DNA of 64,000 nt, from NCBI GenBank assembly GCA_963805495.1, contig CAWDUQ010000002.1, positions 164,138 to 228,137 of the forward strand, in the 5' to 3' direction. Position numbers and translations under genes: made by a program. A model generated the notes under the pieces. The model was not told the origin of the DNA. It did not search any database and worked only from the letters and a program-made list of their open reading frames with translations. This document shows positions 48,930-57,769 of the stretch, one piece after another; the stretch's first letter is position 1; each line of letters begins with the position of its first letter. The DNA comes from an uncultured Acidobacteriota bacterium. Its GTDB lineage: Bacteria; Acidobacteriota; Thermoanaerobaculia; UBA5066; Gp7-AA6.

Positions 48930-49433
48930 ATGAGCATCCGCATCGCCATCGTCACCGTCTCCGACGGCGTCGCCGCCGGAGCGCGGGAGGACCGCGGCGG
49001 TCCGGCCTGCGAGGAGGTCCTGCGCTCCTCGGGTATCGACCACCGCATCGTCTCCCGCGAGACGATTCCCGACGAGCCCGGGCTCGTGGCCCGAGCCGTC
49101 GCGACGCGGGCCGACGCGGAGGAGGCGGACCTGATCGTCCTGACCGGCGGAACGGGCGTCTCGCCCCGCGACCGGACGCCCGAGGGCGTGCGGCAGGCGA
49201 TCGAGTTCGAGGTCCCCGGCCTCTCCGAGAAGATGCGCGCCGACACGTCCCGGGGGTTTCCGGCCGCCTACCTGTCGCGTCAGGTGGCCGGCGTGCGCCG
49301 GAAGACCCTCGTCGTCGCCCTGCCCGGTTCGCCCCGGGGCGCGGCCGATTGCCTGACGGCGATCCTCGAGCTCCTGCCGCACGCGGTCTCGCTCCTCCAG
49401 GGCCGCCGTCCCGACCATCCGAGCGCTCCGTGA
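48930..49433 (+). CDS. mog: MogA/MoaB-family molybdopterin adenylyltransferase
   Basis: IAIVTVSDGVAAGAREDRGGP...LIVLTGGTGVSPRDRTPEG. Confidence 0.8.
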   Translation: MSIRIAIVTVSDGVAAGAREDRGGPACEEVLRSSGIDHRIVSRETIPDEPGLVARAVATRADAEEADLIVLTGGTGVSPRDRTPEGVRQAIEFEVPGLSEKMRADTSRGFPAAYLSRQVAGVRRKTLVVALPGSPRGAADCLTAILELLPHAVSLLQGRRPDHPSAP

Positions 49434-49464
49434 CGCGCTGATGAGCCGGCGCGGATAAGATCGC

Positions 49465-51165
49465 GTGCCGATCATGGGAAAGGTGCGCTTCGGAATCGAC
49501 GTCCTTCTCGAAAGCCCCTGGCCTGTGGCCGGGCGGCGAATCGGGCTGATCACCAATGGCTCCGGGATGACCTCGGCGGGCGTGCCGACCTGGAAGGCGC
49601 TGCGCGCGGCCCAGAACGTCCGGCTCGTGCGCCTCTTCGGGCCCGAGCACGGTCTCGAGGGCGGCGCCGTCTACATGGAGGCCGTCGGCTCGGCGATCCA
49701 TCCGCCCTCGGGCCTTCCGGTCGTATCGCTCTACGGGGCGACGGCCGAAGACCTGAAGCCCAGGCGAGAGGACTTCGCCGACCTCGAAGCGATCGTCTTC
49801 GACGTGGCGGACGTGGGCAGCCGGTACTACACGTACATCTGGACGATGCTCCTCGCGATGGAAGCCTGTGCGGGCTCGCGGCTGCGCTTCGTCGTGTGCG
49901 ACCGGCCGAATCCGATCGGCGGAGCCGTCGAGGGCGCGCCCCAGGCCACGGGGTACCTGACCTTCGTCGGTCTTCACCCGATCCCGGTGCGCCACGGCAT
50001 GACCGCCGGCGAGCTCGCGCGCCTCTTTGCCGCCGAGCGGCGGCTCGATCTCGACCTCGTCGTCTGTCCGGCCGCGGGGTGGGCGCGCGGGACGCCGTAC
50101 GGGGAGACCGGGCTGCCGTGGGTGGCGCCGTCGCCGAACATGCCGACGACCGACACGGCCCTGGTGTATCCGGGGATGTGCCTGCTCGAGGGAACGAACC
50201 TCTCCGAGGGCCGGGGAACGACGCGCCCGTTCGAGGTCTTCGGCGCGCCGTGGCTCGAACCGATTGCGGTCGCGGAGGCGCTCAACGCGCTGGCGCTGCC
50301 CGGGGTCCAGTTCCTGCCCCACAAGTTCCGGCCCATGTTCGACAAGCATGCCGGCCAGGTCTGCGGAGGCGCGCAGATCCACCTGACCGACCGTTCCGCC
50401 TTCCGACCGTTCCAGACCGGGCTGCGCCTGGTCGAGACGGTCCGGCGAATGGGCCCGATCGACTTCCGGTGGAGGACGGAGCGCTACGAATACGACGATC
50501 GCCCCGCGATCGACCTGCTGACCGGATCCGAACGATTTCGCGAGATCGTCGAGCGCAACGGCAACCTGCGGGCCGAGATCGCCCGCCACTTCGACGCCGC
50601 GCAGCCGTTCGTCGCGCGCCGGGAGCCGTTCCTGCTCTACCCGGACCGCAAGCCCGCGGTGGTCGCGTTCGTGGGAGGCCACGATTCGGGCAAGACGTCG
50701 ATCATCGTCGAAGTGCTGCCGCGCCTGAAGGCGCGGGGTCTCTCGGTCGGGACGGTGAAGCACACGACCAAGGACGCCGAGGATGACGTGCCGGGTAAGG
50801 ACTCGCATCGCCATGCGGGGTCAGGCGCCGCGGCCGGGGCGTTCGTGACGCCGCGGCGGACGACCGTGAGGCGCTTCGGCGAGGAGGAAGCCCTCGAGCA
50901 GGTCCTCCGTCGCGACTTCGCCGGCTGCGACCTGGTCCTCGTCGAGGGGTACAAGTCCCTGCCGATTCCGAAAATCGAGGTCGTGCGGACGGGGGTCGCG
51001 CGGCCCGACGTCGTCGAGCCCGCGTTGAGGATCTCGGACGGGCCGTTTGCCGGGTCGGTGCCGACGCTCTCCTTCGGCGACTGGGACGCCATCGCGTCGG
51101 CGGTGGTGCGGCTGGCGGGGCTCGACCGGACGGAATCGACGGTCGGCGCGCGGAAAACCGGTTGA
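49465..51165 (+). CDS. Apparent fusion protein: a DUF1343 (NamZ-like exo-beta-N-acetylmuramidase family) domain followed by a MobB (molybdopterin-guanine dinucleotide biosynthesis protein B) P-loop domain
   Basis: Residues 1-395 contain RIGLITNGSGMTSAG...YGATAEDLKP...FDVADVGSRYYTYIWTM...PNMPTTDTALVYPGMCLLEGTNLSEGRGTTRPFE, which is DUF1343. Residues 400-566 contain VAFVGGHDSGKTSIIVEVL (Walker A)...LVLVEGYKSLPIPKIEV, which is MobB. A single ORF with no stop between the two parts. Confidence 0.65.
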   Translation: MPIMGKVRFGIDVLLESPWPVAGRRIGLITNGSGMTSAGVPTWKALRAAQNVRLVRLFGPEHGLEGGAVYMEAVGSAIHPPSGLPVVSLYGATAEDLKPRREDFADLEAIVFDVADVGSRYYTYIWTMLLAMEACAGSRLRFVVCDRPNPIGGAVEGAPQATGYLTFVGLHPIPVRHGMTAGELARLFAAERRLDLDLVVCPAAGWARGTPYGETGLPWVAPSPNMPTTDTALVYPGMCLLEGTNLSEGRGTTRPFEVFGAPWLEPIAVAEALNALALPGVQFLPHKFRPMFDKHAGQVCGGAQIHLTDRSAFRPFQTGLRLVETVRRMGPIDFRWRTERYEYDDRPAIDLLTGSERFREIVERNGNLRAEIARHFDAAQPFVARREPFLLYPDRKPAVVAFVGGHDSGKTSIIVEVLPRLKARGLSVGTVKHTTKDAEDDVPGKDSHRHAGSGAAAGAFVTPRRTTVRRFGEEEALEQVLRRDFAGCDLVLVEGYKSLPIPKIEVVRTGVARPDVVEPALRISDGPFAGSVPTLSFGDWDAIASAVVRLAGLDRTESTVGARKTG

Positions 51166-51803
51166 GCGGGCTTGCGTTCCTCGTCTTCGACCTCGACGGG
51201 ACGCTGATCGACGGCTACGACGCCATCGGCGATGCGCTCGGCTTCGCGATGCGAGCGCTCGGCGAGGAGCCGCTGCCGAACATCCGCATCCGGACGATGG
51301 TCGGCCACGGCCTCGAGAAGCTCGTGGCGGACGCCGTGGGGCCGGAGCGGGCGGCCGAGGGCGTGCGGCTCTTTCGCGAGCGGTATCCGCAAGTCGCCGT
51401 CGAGAAGTCGCACCTGCTGCCCGGCGTCGCGGACGTCCTCGCCGGGCTTCGGGCGCGCGGCCACCGGATGGCGCTCGCATCCAACAAGCCGGCCCCGTTT
51501 TCGCGGATGATCCTCGAGGCCAAGGGCATCATTTCGAGGTTCGAGGCGGTCGCCGGGCCGGACGCGGCGACGCCGGCCAAGCCCGACCCGGCCATGCTCC
51601 GGCGTTTGATGGCCGGAGCGGGAGCGTCCGCCGAGCGGACGATCTGCATCGGCGACATGGAGGTCGACTCGGATTTCGCCCGGGCCGCGGGGTGCCGCGT
51701 CGTTCTGATCCCGGGCGGTTCACGGACCCGTGAGCAACTTCTTGGCGTCTCCGCCGACGGTTTTCTCGATTCGATCTCGGACCTTCCCGGATTCCTGGCG
51801 TAG
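51162..51803 (+). CDS. HAD-superfamily phosphatase (phosphoglycolate/phosphoserine phosphatase-like)
   Basis: FLVFDLDGTLIDGYD (motif I)...ALASNKP (motif II)...CIGDMEVDSDFARAAG (motif IV). TTG start overlapping the previous stop. Confidence 0.7.
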   Translation: MSGLAFLVFDLDGTLIDGYDAIGDALGFAMRALGEEPLPNIRIRTMVGHGLEKLVADAVGPERAAEGVRLFRERYPQVAVEKSHLLPGVADVLAGLRARGHRMALASNKPAPFSRMILEAKGIISRFEAVAGPDAATPAKPDPAMLRRLMAGAGASAERTICIGDMEVDSDFARAAGCRVVLIPGGSRTREQLLGVSADGFLDSISDLPGFLA

Positions 51804-51887
51804 GGGCGGGGCTCGTCCCCGCCCGTCAACTCCGGGCGGCGACAAGGGCCGCCCCGACTTTGAATCACAAGTAGAATCCGGATCCGC

Positions 51888-52997
51888 ATGACGACATCCT
51901 TCGATCCCACCGGCGGGCGGCCGGGGCAGGTGCGCTTTTTTCTTCCCGGACCCGTCTGGGTCCGCGACGCGGTGCGGCAGGCCATGGCCCACGAGGCGAT
52001 CGGGCATCGGGGAAAGGCCTTCGCGGATCTCTATTCGCGCATTCCGCCGCGGCTGAAGAAGGTCTTCCGCACGGAGAAGTTCGTCTTCACGGCGACCTCG
52101 GCTGCGACCGGCCTCTGGGAAGCGGCCCTCCTGAATCTCGCACCCGAGCGCGTGCTCGCCGTGACCTCGGGCGCCTTCTCCGAGCGCTGGGCGGCCTGCG
52201 CGCGGGACCTCGGCATCCCGGTCGACGTTCTCGAGGTCCCGTGGGGAACTCCGGTCGACCCCGCGGACGTGGCGAAGGCACTGGGGCGGTCGCGGTACGA
52301 AGCGGTCACGGCGGTGCACTCGGAGACTTCGACCGGAACGCTCAACGATCTCGAGGCGATCGCGCGGGCGGTGCGCGCGTCGTCGGAAGCCTTCTTGCTG
52401 TGCGACGTCGTGACCTCGCTCGCCGGGTCGCCGGTCGAGTGCGACGCGTGGGGACTCGATTTCGCGCTCGCGGGCTCGCAGAAAGCCCTCGCTCTTCCGC
52501 CGGGCCTCGGCGTGGCGTTCGCCTCCGACCGCTACCGTGCGCGGGCGCGGGAGCGTTCGCGCGCTCACTACCTGCGCCTGTCGGAGGCCGAGTCGTTCGC
52601 GGAAAAGAACCAGACGCCCTACACCCCCTCGACGCCGCACCTCTTCGCGCTCGACGTTCAGCTCGATCACATCCTGGAGGAAGGGGTCGAAGGCCGGTGG
52701 GCGCGCCACGATGCGATGCGGCGGCGCGTCGAGGCCTGGGCCGGCGAGCGCGGCCACGGTTTCGCGCCTCCCGCGGGAGCGCGCTCCTGGACCGTCTCCT
52801 GTCTGAAGCCGCGCGCCGGCGTGTCCTCGGAAGCGCTGGTCGCGAAGGTCAAGGAGCGCGGATTCACGATCGGCGGCGGGTACGGCAAGTGGAAGCCGAC
52901 GAGCTTCCGCATCGGTCACATGGGAGACGTCGACCTCGCCTCCCTCGACCGCCTTCTCGAGGCGCTCGACGAGGCGGCGGGAGACGCCGCCGCTTGA
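51888..52997 (+). CDS. Class V aminotransferase (serine-glyoxylate / phosphoserine aminotransferase-like)
   Basis: FLPGPVWVRDAVRQAMAHEAIGHRGKAF...LLCDVVTSLAG...ALAGSQKALALPPGLG (PLP-lysine region). Confidence 0.75.
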   Translation: MTTSFDPTGGRPGQVRFFLPGPVWVRDAVRQAMAHEAIGHRGKAFADLYSRIPPRLKKVFRTEKFVFTATSAATGLWEAALLNLAPERVLAVTSGAFSERWAACARDLGIPVDVLEVPWGTPVDPADVAKALGRSRYEAVTAVHSETSTGTLNDLEAIARAVRASSEAFLLCDVVTSLAGSPVECDAWGLDFALAGSQKALALPPGLGVAFASDRYRARARERSRAHYLRLSEAESFAEKNQTPYTPSTPHLFALDVQLDHILEEGVEGRWARHDAMRRRVEAWAGERGHGFAPPAGARSWTVSCLKPRAGVSSEALVAKVKERGFTIGGGYGKWKPTSFRIGHMGDVDLASLDRLLEALDEAAGDAAA

Positions 52998-54571
52998 GCC
53001 GCGTCATCGTCGCCGAGAAGGTCTCGGGCGCCGGGCTCGCGCTCCTGCGCAAGGCCGGGCACGAAGTCGTCGACATGGCCGGGGCGTCGCGGGAGGAGCT
53101 CCTCGCGGCCCTGAAGGACGCCGACGCTCTTCTCGTCCGCAGCGCCACGAAGGTCGATGCGGCCCTCCTTGCGGCCGCTCCGAAGCTCACCGTCGTCGGG
53201 CGGGCCGGCGTCGGGGTCGACAACGTCGACGTGCCCGCGGCCTCCGCGCGCGGCGTCATGGTCCTCAATTCGCCGACGGGCAACGTGGTCTCGGCCGTCG
53301 AGCACACGTTCGCGGTGCTTCTCGCCCTTCTGCGGCGCGTGCCGGAGGCGGCGGCTTCGATGGCGCAGGGCCGCTGGGAGAAGTCGAAGTTCGTCGGCTC
53401 CGAGCTCGCCGGCAAGACCGTCGGCATCGTGGGCCTCGGCCAGGTCGGCTCCCGCGTGGCGGCGCGCGCCCGCGCCTTCGAAGCGAAGCTGCTGGGCCAC
53501 GACCCGTTTCTCCCGGTCGAGAAGGCCCATGAGATGGGCGTGCCGCTCGTCCCCCTCGAGGACCTGCTGCGGCAGTCGGACGTCGTGACGCTCCACTCGA
53601 CCGCCACCGAGAAGGGCCGGCCGCTCCTGGGGCCGGCGGAGCTCGCCCTGATGAAACCGTCGGCCGTCCTCGTCAACGTCGCGCGGGGGAGCCTGGTCGA
53701 CCGCGTCGCCTTGACCGAAGCGCTGCGGAGCGGGAAGCTTGCCGGGGCGGCGCTCGACGTCTTCGACCCGGAACCTCCCGCCCCGGACGATCCTCTGCCG
53801 AAACTCCCCAACGTCGTCGCGACCCCGCATCTGGGCGCCTCGACCGTAGAAGCGCAGGAACGCGTCTCGGTCCAGACCGTCGAGGCCCTGCTCGAGGCCC
53901 TCGCGGGCGCGGCCTACGTTCCGGCGGTCAACCTCCCGTTTCGCGGCCCCAAGGACGCGAGCGGCGCGGCGGGCTGGATGCGCCTGGCGGAGCGGACCGC
54001 CCACTTCCTCTCGGCCCTCTCGGGCGGCCGCCTCACGCGCCTCGCGGTCGAGACCTGGGGCCTGCCCGAGGACATGGTGCGGCCGGTGGCCGTCGCCGCG
54101 GCCAAGGGAGCGCTCGAGGCCCAGACCCCGGACGTCGTCAACTACGTCAATGCGCTCTACATGGCGTCCGACCGTGGCCTCGCCGTCTCGGACACCCGCC
54201 ACGGAGACCCCGGGACTTACGCGCGTTCGATCCGCGTCACCCTCACGGGCGCCTCGTCGAAAGGCAGCGCCGACGCGACCCTCTTCATCGGGCGCGACGC
54301 GCGTGTCGTCGAGGTCGACGGACTCCCGCTCGAGTTCCACCCGGAAGGGACGGTCGTCTTCATCCGCAACCACGACGTCCCCGGCGTCGTCGGCGCCGTC
54401 GGCACCGTTCTGGGCCAGGCCGGGATCAACATCGCCAACTTCTCGCTCGCCCGCGGGGACGGCTCGCGCGCGGCGGCCGTGATCGCGGTCGACTCGGCTC
54501 CCCCCGCCGCGGTGCTCGACCTGCTGCGCGCCCTGCCGGCGGTCGAGGAGGTTCGGGTGGTGACCTGGTGA
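52994..54571 (+). CDS. serA: D-3-phosphoglycerate dehydrogenase with a C-terminal ACT domain
   Basis: KTVGIVGLGQVGSRVA (NAD-binding GxGxxG)...VNVARGSLVD...TPHLGAST. ACT domain: VFIRNHDVPGVVGAVGTVLGQAGINIANF. TTG start overlaps the upstream stop. Confidence 0.85.
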   Translation: MSRVIVAEKVSGAGLALLRKAGHEVVDMAGASREELLAALKDADALLVRSATKVDAALLAAAPKLTVVGRAGVGVDNVDVPAASARGVMVLNSPTGNVVSAVEHTFAVLLALLRRVPEAAASMAQGRWEKSKFVGSELAGKTVGIVGLGQVGSRVAARARAFEAKLLGHDPFLPVEKAHEMGVPLVPLEDLLRQSDVVTLHSTATEKGRPLLGPAELALMKPSAVLVNVARGSLVDRVALTEALRSGKLAGAALDVFDPEPPAPDDPLPKLPNVVATPHLGASTVEAQERVSVQTVEALLEALAGAAYVPAVNLPFRGPKDASGAAGWMRLAERTAHFLSALSGGRLTRLAVETWGLPEDMVRPVAVAAAKGALEAQTPDVVNYVNALYMASDRGLAVSDTRHGDPGTYARSIRVTLTGASSKGSADATLFIGRDARVVEVDGLPLEFHPEGTVVFIRNHDVPGVVGAVGTVLGQAGINIANFSLARGDGSRAAAVIAVDSAPPAAVLDLLRALPAVEEVRVVTW

Positions 54572-55647
54572 GCCGGACCCGGGTCGCCGTGGTCTTCGGA
54601 GGCAAGTCGGTCGAGCGCGAGGTCTCGCGGATCTCGGCCCGTACGATCGCCGGCGCCCTCGATCCGGCCCGCTACGAGGTCGTGCCCGTGGCCGTGGGGG
54701 AGGACGGCCGCTTCCTGCCGGCCGCCGAGTCGGGGCGGCTGCTCGCGGCGGGCCCCGTCCCGGAGCGGTTCCGCCGCGGCGACCAGGGGACGGGCGCGCT
54801 CGTTCCCTCGGAGCTCGCCCCCGGCCGCGTCGACGTGGTCTTTCCCATCATCCATGGAACCAGCGGCGAGGACGGCGCGCTCCAGGGGTTTCTCGAGACG
54901 CTCGGCGTGCCGTACGTCGGCGCCGGCGTGACGGGTTCCGCGGTCGGGATGGACAAGTCGGTGTTCAAGGCGCTCATGCGCGACGCCGGGATCCCGACCC
55001 CGGCGGCGGCCGTCGTCGACGCGGCGAAGGACGCGACGCGCTGCCGCGAAGAGCTCGAGCGCGCGGGCGTCGGGCTTCCCGTTTTCGTCAAGCCATCCGG
55101 CGGCGGCTCCTCGGTGGGCGTGACCAAGGTGAAGCGCTGGGAGGACCTGGGGGCGGCCGTCGCGGCGGCCCTCGCCTACGACGAGCGGGCCCTGGTGGAG
55201 GAGGGGATCGACGGGCGCGAGCTCGAGTGCGCCGTCCTCGGCAACGACACGCCCCGGGCGACGGTTCCGGGCGAGATCGTTCCCGGGCACGAGTTCTACG
55301 ACTACGACGACAAGTACCGCGACGACAAGGCGAAGCTGCTGGTGCCGGCCCCCGTGACGCCGGCCGTTGCGGAAGAGGCGAAGGCCATGGCGATCCGGGT
55401 GTTCCGCGCCTGCCGGCTCTCGGGAATGGCGCGGGTGGATTTTTTTCTCGAGCGCGTCGGCGGGCGGCTGCTCGTCAACGAGGTCAACACGCTGCCGGGC
55501 TTCACCGCGATCTCGATGTATCCGAAACTGTGGGAGGCGAGCGGACTGTCGCTGGCGGCGCTCCTCGACGAGCTCATCCGGCTGGCGTTCGAACGGCGCG
55601 ACCGCCGCGCCCGCCTGCGCACCTCGCCGCCGGCGGAGCTCGCATGA
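54568..55647 (+). CDS. ddl: D-alanine--D-alanine ligase family (ATP-grasp)
   Basis: RVAVVFGGKSVEREVS...FPIIHGTSGEDGALQGFLETLGVPYVGAGV...FVKPSGGGSSVGVTKV...LLVNEVNTLPGFT. GTG start overlaps the serA stop. Confidence 0.85.
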   Translation: MSRTRVAVVFGGKSVEREVSRISARTIAGALDPARYEVVPVAVGEDGRFLPAAESGRLLAAGPVPERFRRGDQGTGALVPSELAPGRVDVVFPIIHGTSGEDGALQGFLETLGVPYVGAGVTGSAVGMDKSVFKALMRDAGIPTPAAAVVDAAKDATRCREELERAGVGLPVFVKPSGGGSSVGVTKVKRWEDLGAAVAAALAYDERALVEEGIDGRELECAVLGNDTPRATVPGEIVPGHEFYDYDDKYRDDKAKLLVPAPVTPAVAEEAKAMAIRVFRACRLSGMARVDFFLERVGGRLLVNEVNTLPGFTAISMYPKLWEASGLSLAALLDELIRLAFERRDRRARLRTSPPAELA

Positions 55648-56735
55648 AAAGGCCGTGGCGCTCGGTTCTCGCGGTGTCGCTCCTGTGTCCGGCAGCCGGT
55701 GCGCTCCGGGCGCAGGAACCGGTCCAGGAGCAGGTCACGGTCTCACGGGTCGAGGTCACGCTCCACGTGACGGACAAACAGGGGCGCGTCGTGCCCGACC
55801 TCCGGAAGGAAGACTTCCAGCTCTTCGTCGACGACGAACCCGTTTCGATCGAGTCCCTCGAGTGGGAGGGAACCCTGACCGCCGCGGTGCCGAGCCGCAG
55901 CGCGACGCTCGTCCGCACCGACGCACCCGGCCCCGATACCGACGCCGAGGCGTCGGCCGCGCCCGCCGGAAGACTCTTCGTCATGGTCTTTCAGTCCCAC
56001 ATCGAAGGCCAGAAGGACGAGGGCCTGATGCGGATGAAGCAGCAGGCCCTCGGTTTTCTCGACACGCTCGGGCCCTCCGACGAGGTCGCCCTCCTGGTGT
56101 TCGGCTCGAGGTTGTGGCTTTCCGAGGACTTCACCGCCGATCACGCCGTGATCCGGAAGGCGATCCGGTCGGCGCCGCGAAAGGAAGAGACGCCGCGTTC
56201 CGAGAACCCGCCCGCACTCTCGATCGGCGCGCACCTGTCGCACGAGGAGGAGCGCGCCGCGACCTCGATGGAGAAGGGCCTGACGGCGATCGGGCGGGCG
56301 CTGCGGCCGCTGCCGGGCTCGAAAGCAATCCTCTTCTTCGGGTACGCCGTGGGCCGCTGGAACGCCCTGTCCGAGACGGCGTCCAACGCGAGCATGGGGT
56401 ATTTCGCCTCCACGGAGGACCTGGAGACGGCGCAGAGGGCGCTCGCGTCCGCGCAGGCCCCCGTGTTCGCTCTCGACATCAGCGCGGGCGCGCACCAGCT
56501 CGGCGGCGGCCTGAAGCAGCTGGCCTTCGAGACCGGCGGCTTTTACATGCGGACCGAGACGTTTCCGGAGTGGGCGATGGGCGTCGTGCGCGAGGCGGTC
56601 AAGGGCCACTACGTCCTGACGTTTGCCAAACCCGCGCGCAAGCCCGGGCCCCATCGGATCCGGATCGACAAGCTGCGCGGCGCGGCACCCTGGGTCCTGC
56701 TGTACCGGCAGGAGTACGACGACGGCCCGCCGTAG
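55644..56735 (+). CDS. Secreted hypothetical protein with a VWA-like fold
   Basis: Signal peptide MKRPWRSVLAVSLLCPAAGALRAQ. The stretch ...RLFVMVFQSHIEGQKDEGLMRMKQQALGFLDTLGPSDEVALLVFGS is a VWA/MIDAS-like beta-alpha core. ATG overlaps the ddl stop. Confidence 0.45.
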   Translation: MKRPWRSVLAVSLLCPAAGALRAQEPVQEQVTVSRVEVTLHVTDKQGRVVPDLRKEDFQLFVDDEPVSIESLEWEGTLTAAVPSRSATLVRTDAPGPDTDAEASAAPAGRLFVMVFQSHIEGQKDEGLMRMKQQALGFLDTLGPSDEVALLVFGSRLWLSEDFTADHAVIRKAIRSAPRKEETPRSENPPALSIGAHLSHEEERAATSMEKGLTAIGRALRPLPGSKAILFFGYAVGRWNALSETASNASMGYFASTEDLETAQRALASAQAPVFALDISAGAHQLGGGLKQLAFETGGFYMRTETFPEWAMGVVREAVKGHYVLTFAKPARKPGPHRIRIDKLRGAAPWVLLYRQEYDDGPP

Positions 56736-56736
56736 G

Positions 56737-56822
56737 GGGTCAGGTCTTCATTTTTCGGGCCCCGGCGCCCTCCCGGCTCAGACCGCTGTTTCCAGGGGCC
56801 GTCGAAAAAGTGAAGACCTGAC
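56737..56822. terminator. Bidirectional terminator-like stem-loop between convergent genes: 22-bp arms ggggtcaggtcttca(t/c)ttttcg separated by a 41-nt loop that is itself GC-palindromic
   Basis: 56737-56758 is the reverse complement of 56800-56822 with one mismatch. It sits exactly between the VWA gene stop (56735) and the deacetylase stop (56825). Confidence 0.6.
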
Positions 56823-56824
56823 CC

Positions 56825-57769
56825 CTACTCGCCGTCGACGCCGGCGATCTCGAGGACGAACTTCGGCACGGTCGGCTCGTCCGGCAGGACGAGGCCCTTC
56901 TCTCCGCGCGTCAGGGCCCAGCGGTGGAGCCACGAGATCCCGCCGGCTCCCGTGAAGGTGTCCGGTGAGCCGAAGGCGGGGTCCGCGAGCGCCGAATCGA
57001 GCGGGACGAACGCGTAGCCGCGCGCCTTCATCATCCGCGCGAGGTCCGGGTAGGCATCGGCATTCAGCGAGTTGGCGTGGATGAGGAGCACCTGCGGGAT
57101 CTCGCGGCCGAAGAGGGCGCGGGACTCGCGCTCGAAGTAGTCGAACTTCGACTCCATGTAGGGGACGTAGGCCTCGATGAGCATGCGCTGCGTTGCGGAA
57201 TCTCCCCGGTTGCCGGCCTTCGCGTAGGCGCTGGCGAAGATCCACTCGCCGTTGTCGTGCGTGACGGGAGCGATGGTGTAGCCGCGGGCAGAGAGGAAGG
57301 CGTCGAAGGCCTTCTTCGTCTCGAGGCTCCGGCCCGTGTGGAGAAACGGATGGCGGAAGTAGCGCAGCGTCCGGCCGCGCTCGGCGAGAAGGGCCCGGGT
57401 CGTCTCCTCGCCGCGGACCGTGTCCCGCTCGAAGTCCTCGAGCGGCGTGCGGTGAAGGTCGAAGTGGGAGTACGTGTGGTTGCCGAGGTCCAACCCCGCG
57501 TCGAGCCAGGCCCGCAGAAGCGCCACCCGGGCCTCCTCACGCGTCCCGTGCGGCGCGAGCTTGCCCTCGTTCACGAAGCCGATCGCGGGAGCGCCGGACG
57601 CCTTCACGGCCGCGAGGAGCTTCGCGGTCATGGCCTGGAAGGCCGCGAGATCGCCGCCGATGCAGGCCGCGGGGGCGCCCGGGAGGTCGTCGATCGTCAC
57701 CACGACGCGCCGCGCGGGCACCGGGGCCGCGGCGAGCCAGGCGAAGGCGAGCGCTGCGAGCGCCGTCAT
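56825..57769 (-). CDS. Polysaccharide deacetylase (NodB homology / CE4) family protein, secreted
   Basis: Signal peptide MTALAALAFAWLAAAPVPA, then VVVTIDDLPG (the TFDDG-like motif 1)...LGNHTYSH (HxxH motif)...; the ATG overlaps the NmrA gene's stop. Confidence 0.7.
   Translation of the reverse strand: MTALAALAFAWLAAAPVPARRVVVTIDDLPGAPAACIGGDLAAFQAMTAKLLAAVKASGAPAIGFVNEGKLAPHGTREEARVALLRAWLDAGLDLGNHTYSHFDLHRTPLEDFERDTVRGEETTRALLAERGRTLRYFRHPFLHTGRSLETKKAFDAFLSARGYTIAPVTHDNGEWIFASAYAKAGNRGDSATQRMLIEAYVPYMESKFDYFERESRALFGREIPQVLLIHANSLNADAYPDLARMMKARGYAFVPLDSALADPAFGSPDTFTGAGGISWLHRWALTRGEKGLVLPDEPTVPKFVLEIAGVDGE

Noticed and set aside
48952-50814. 620-aa minus-strand ORF across mog and the DUF1343 gene. 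Similar long antisense ORFs at 52916-54373, 43455-45320, 55743-56654, 46871-47695 and 47424-48821.
   Set aside because: GC-rich antisense reading frames overlapping genes with clear motifs on the other strand. The translations are Arg/Gly/Pro/Asp-rich with no motifs.
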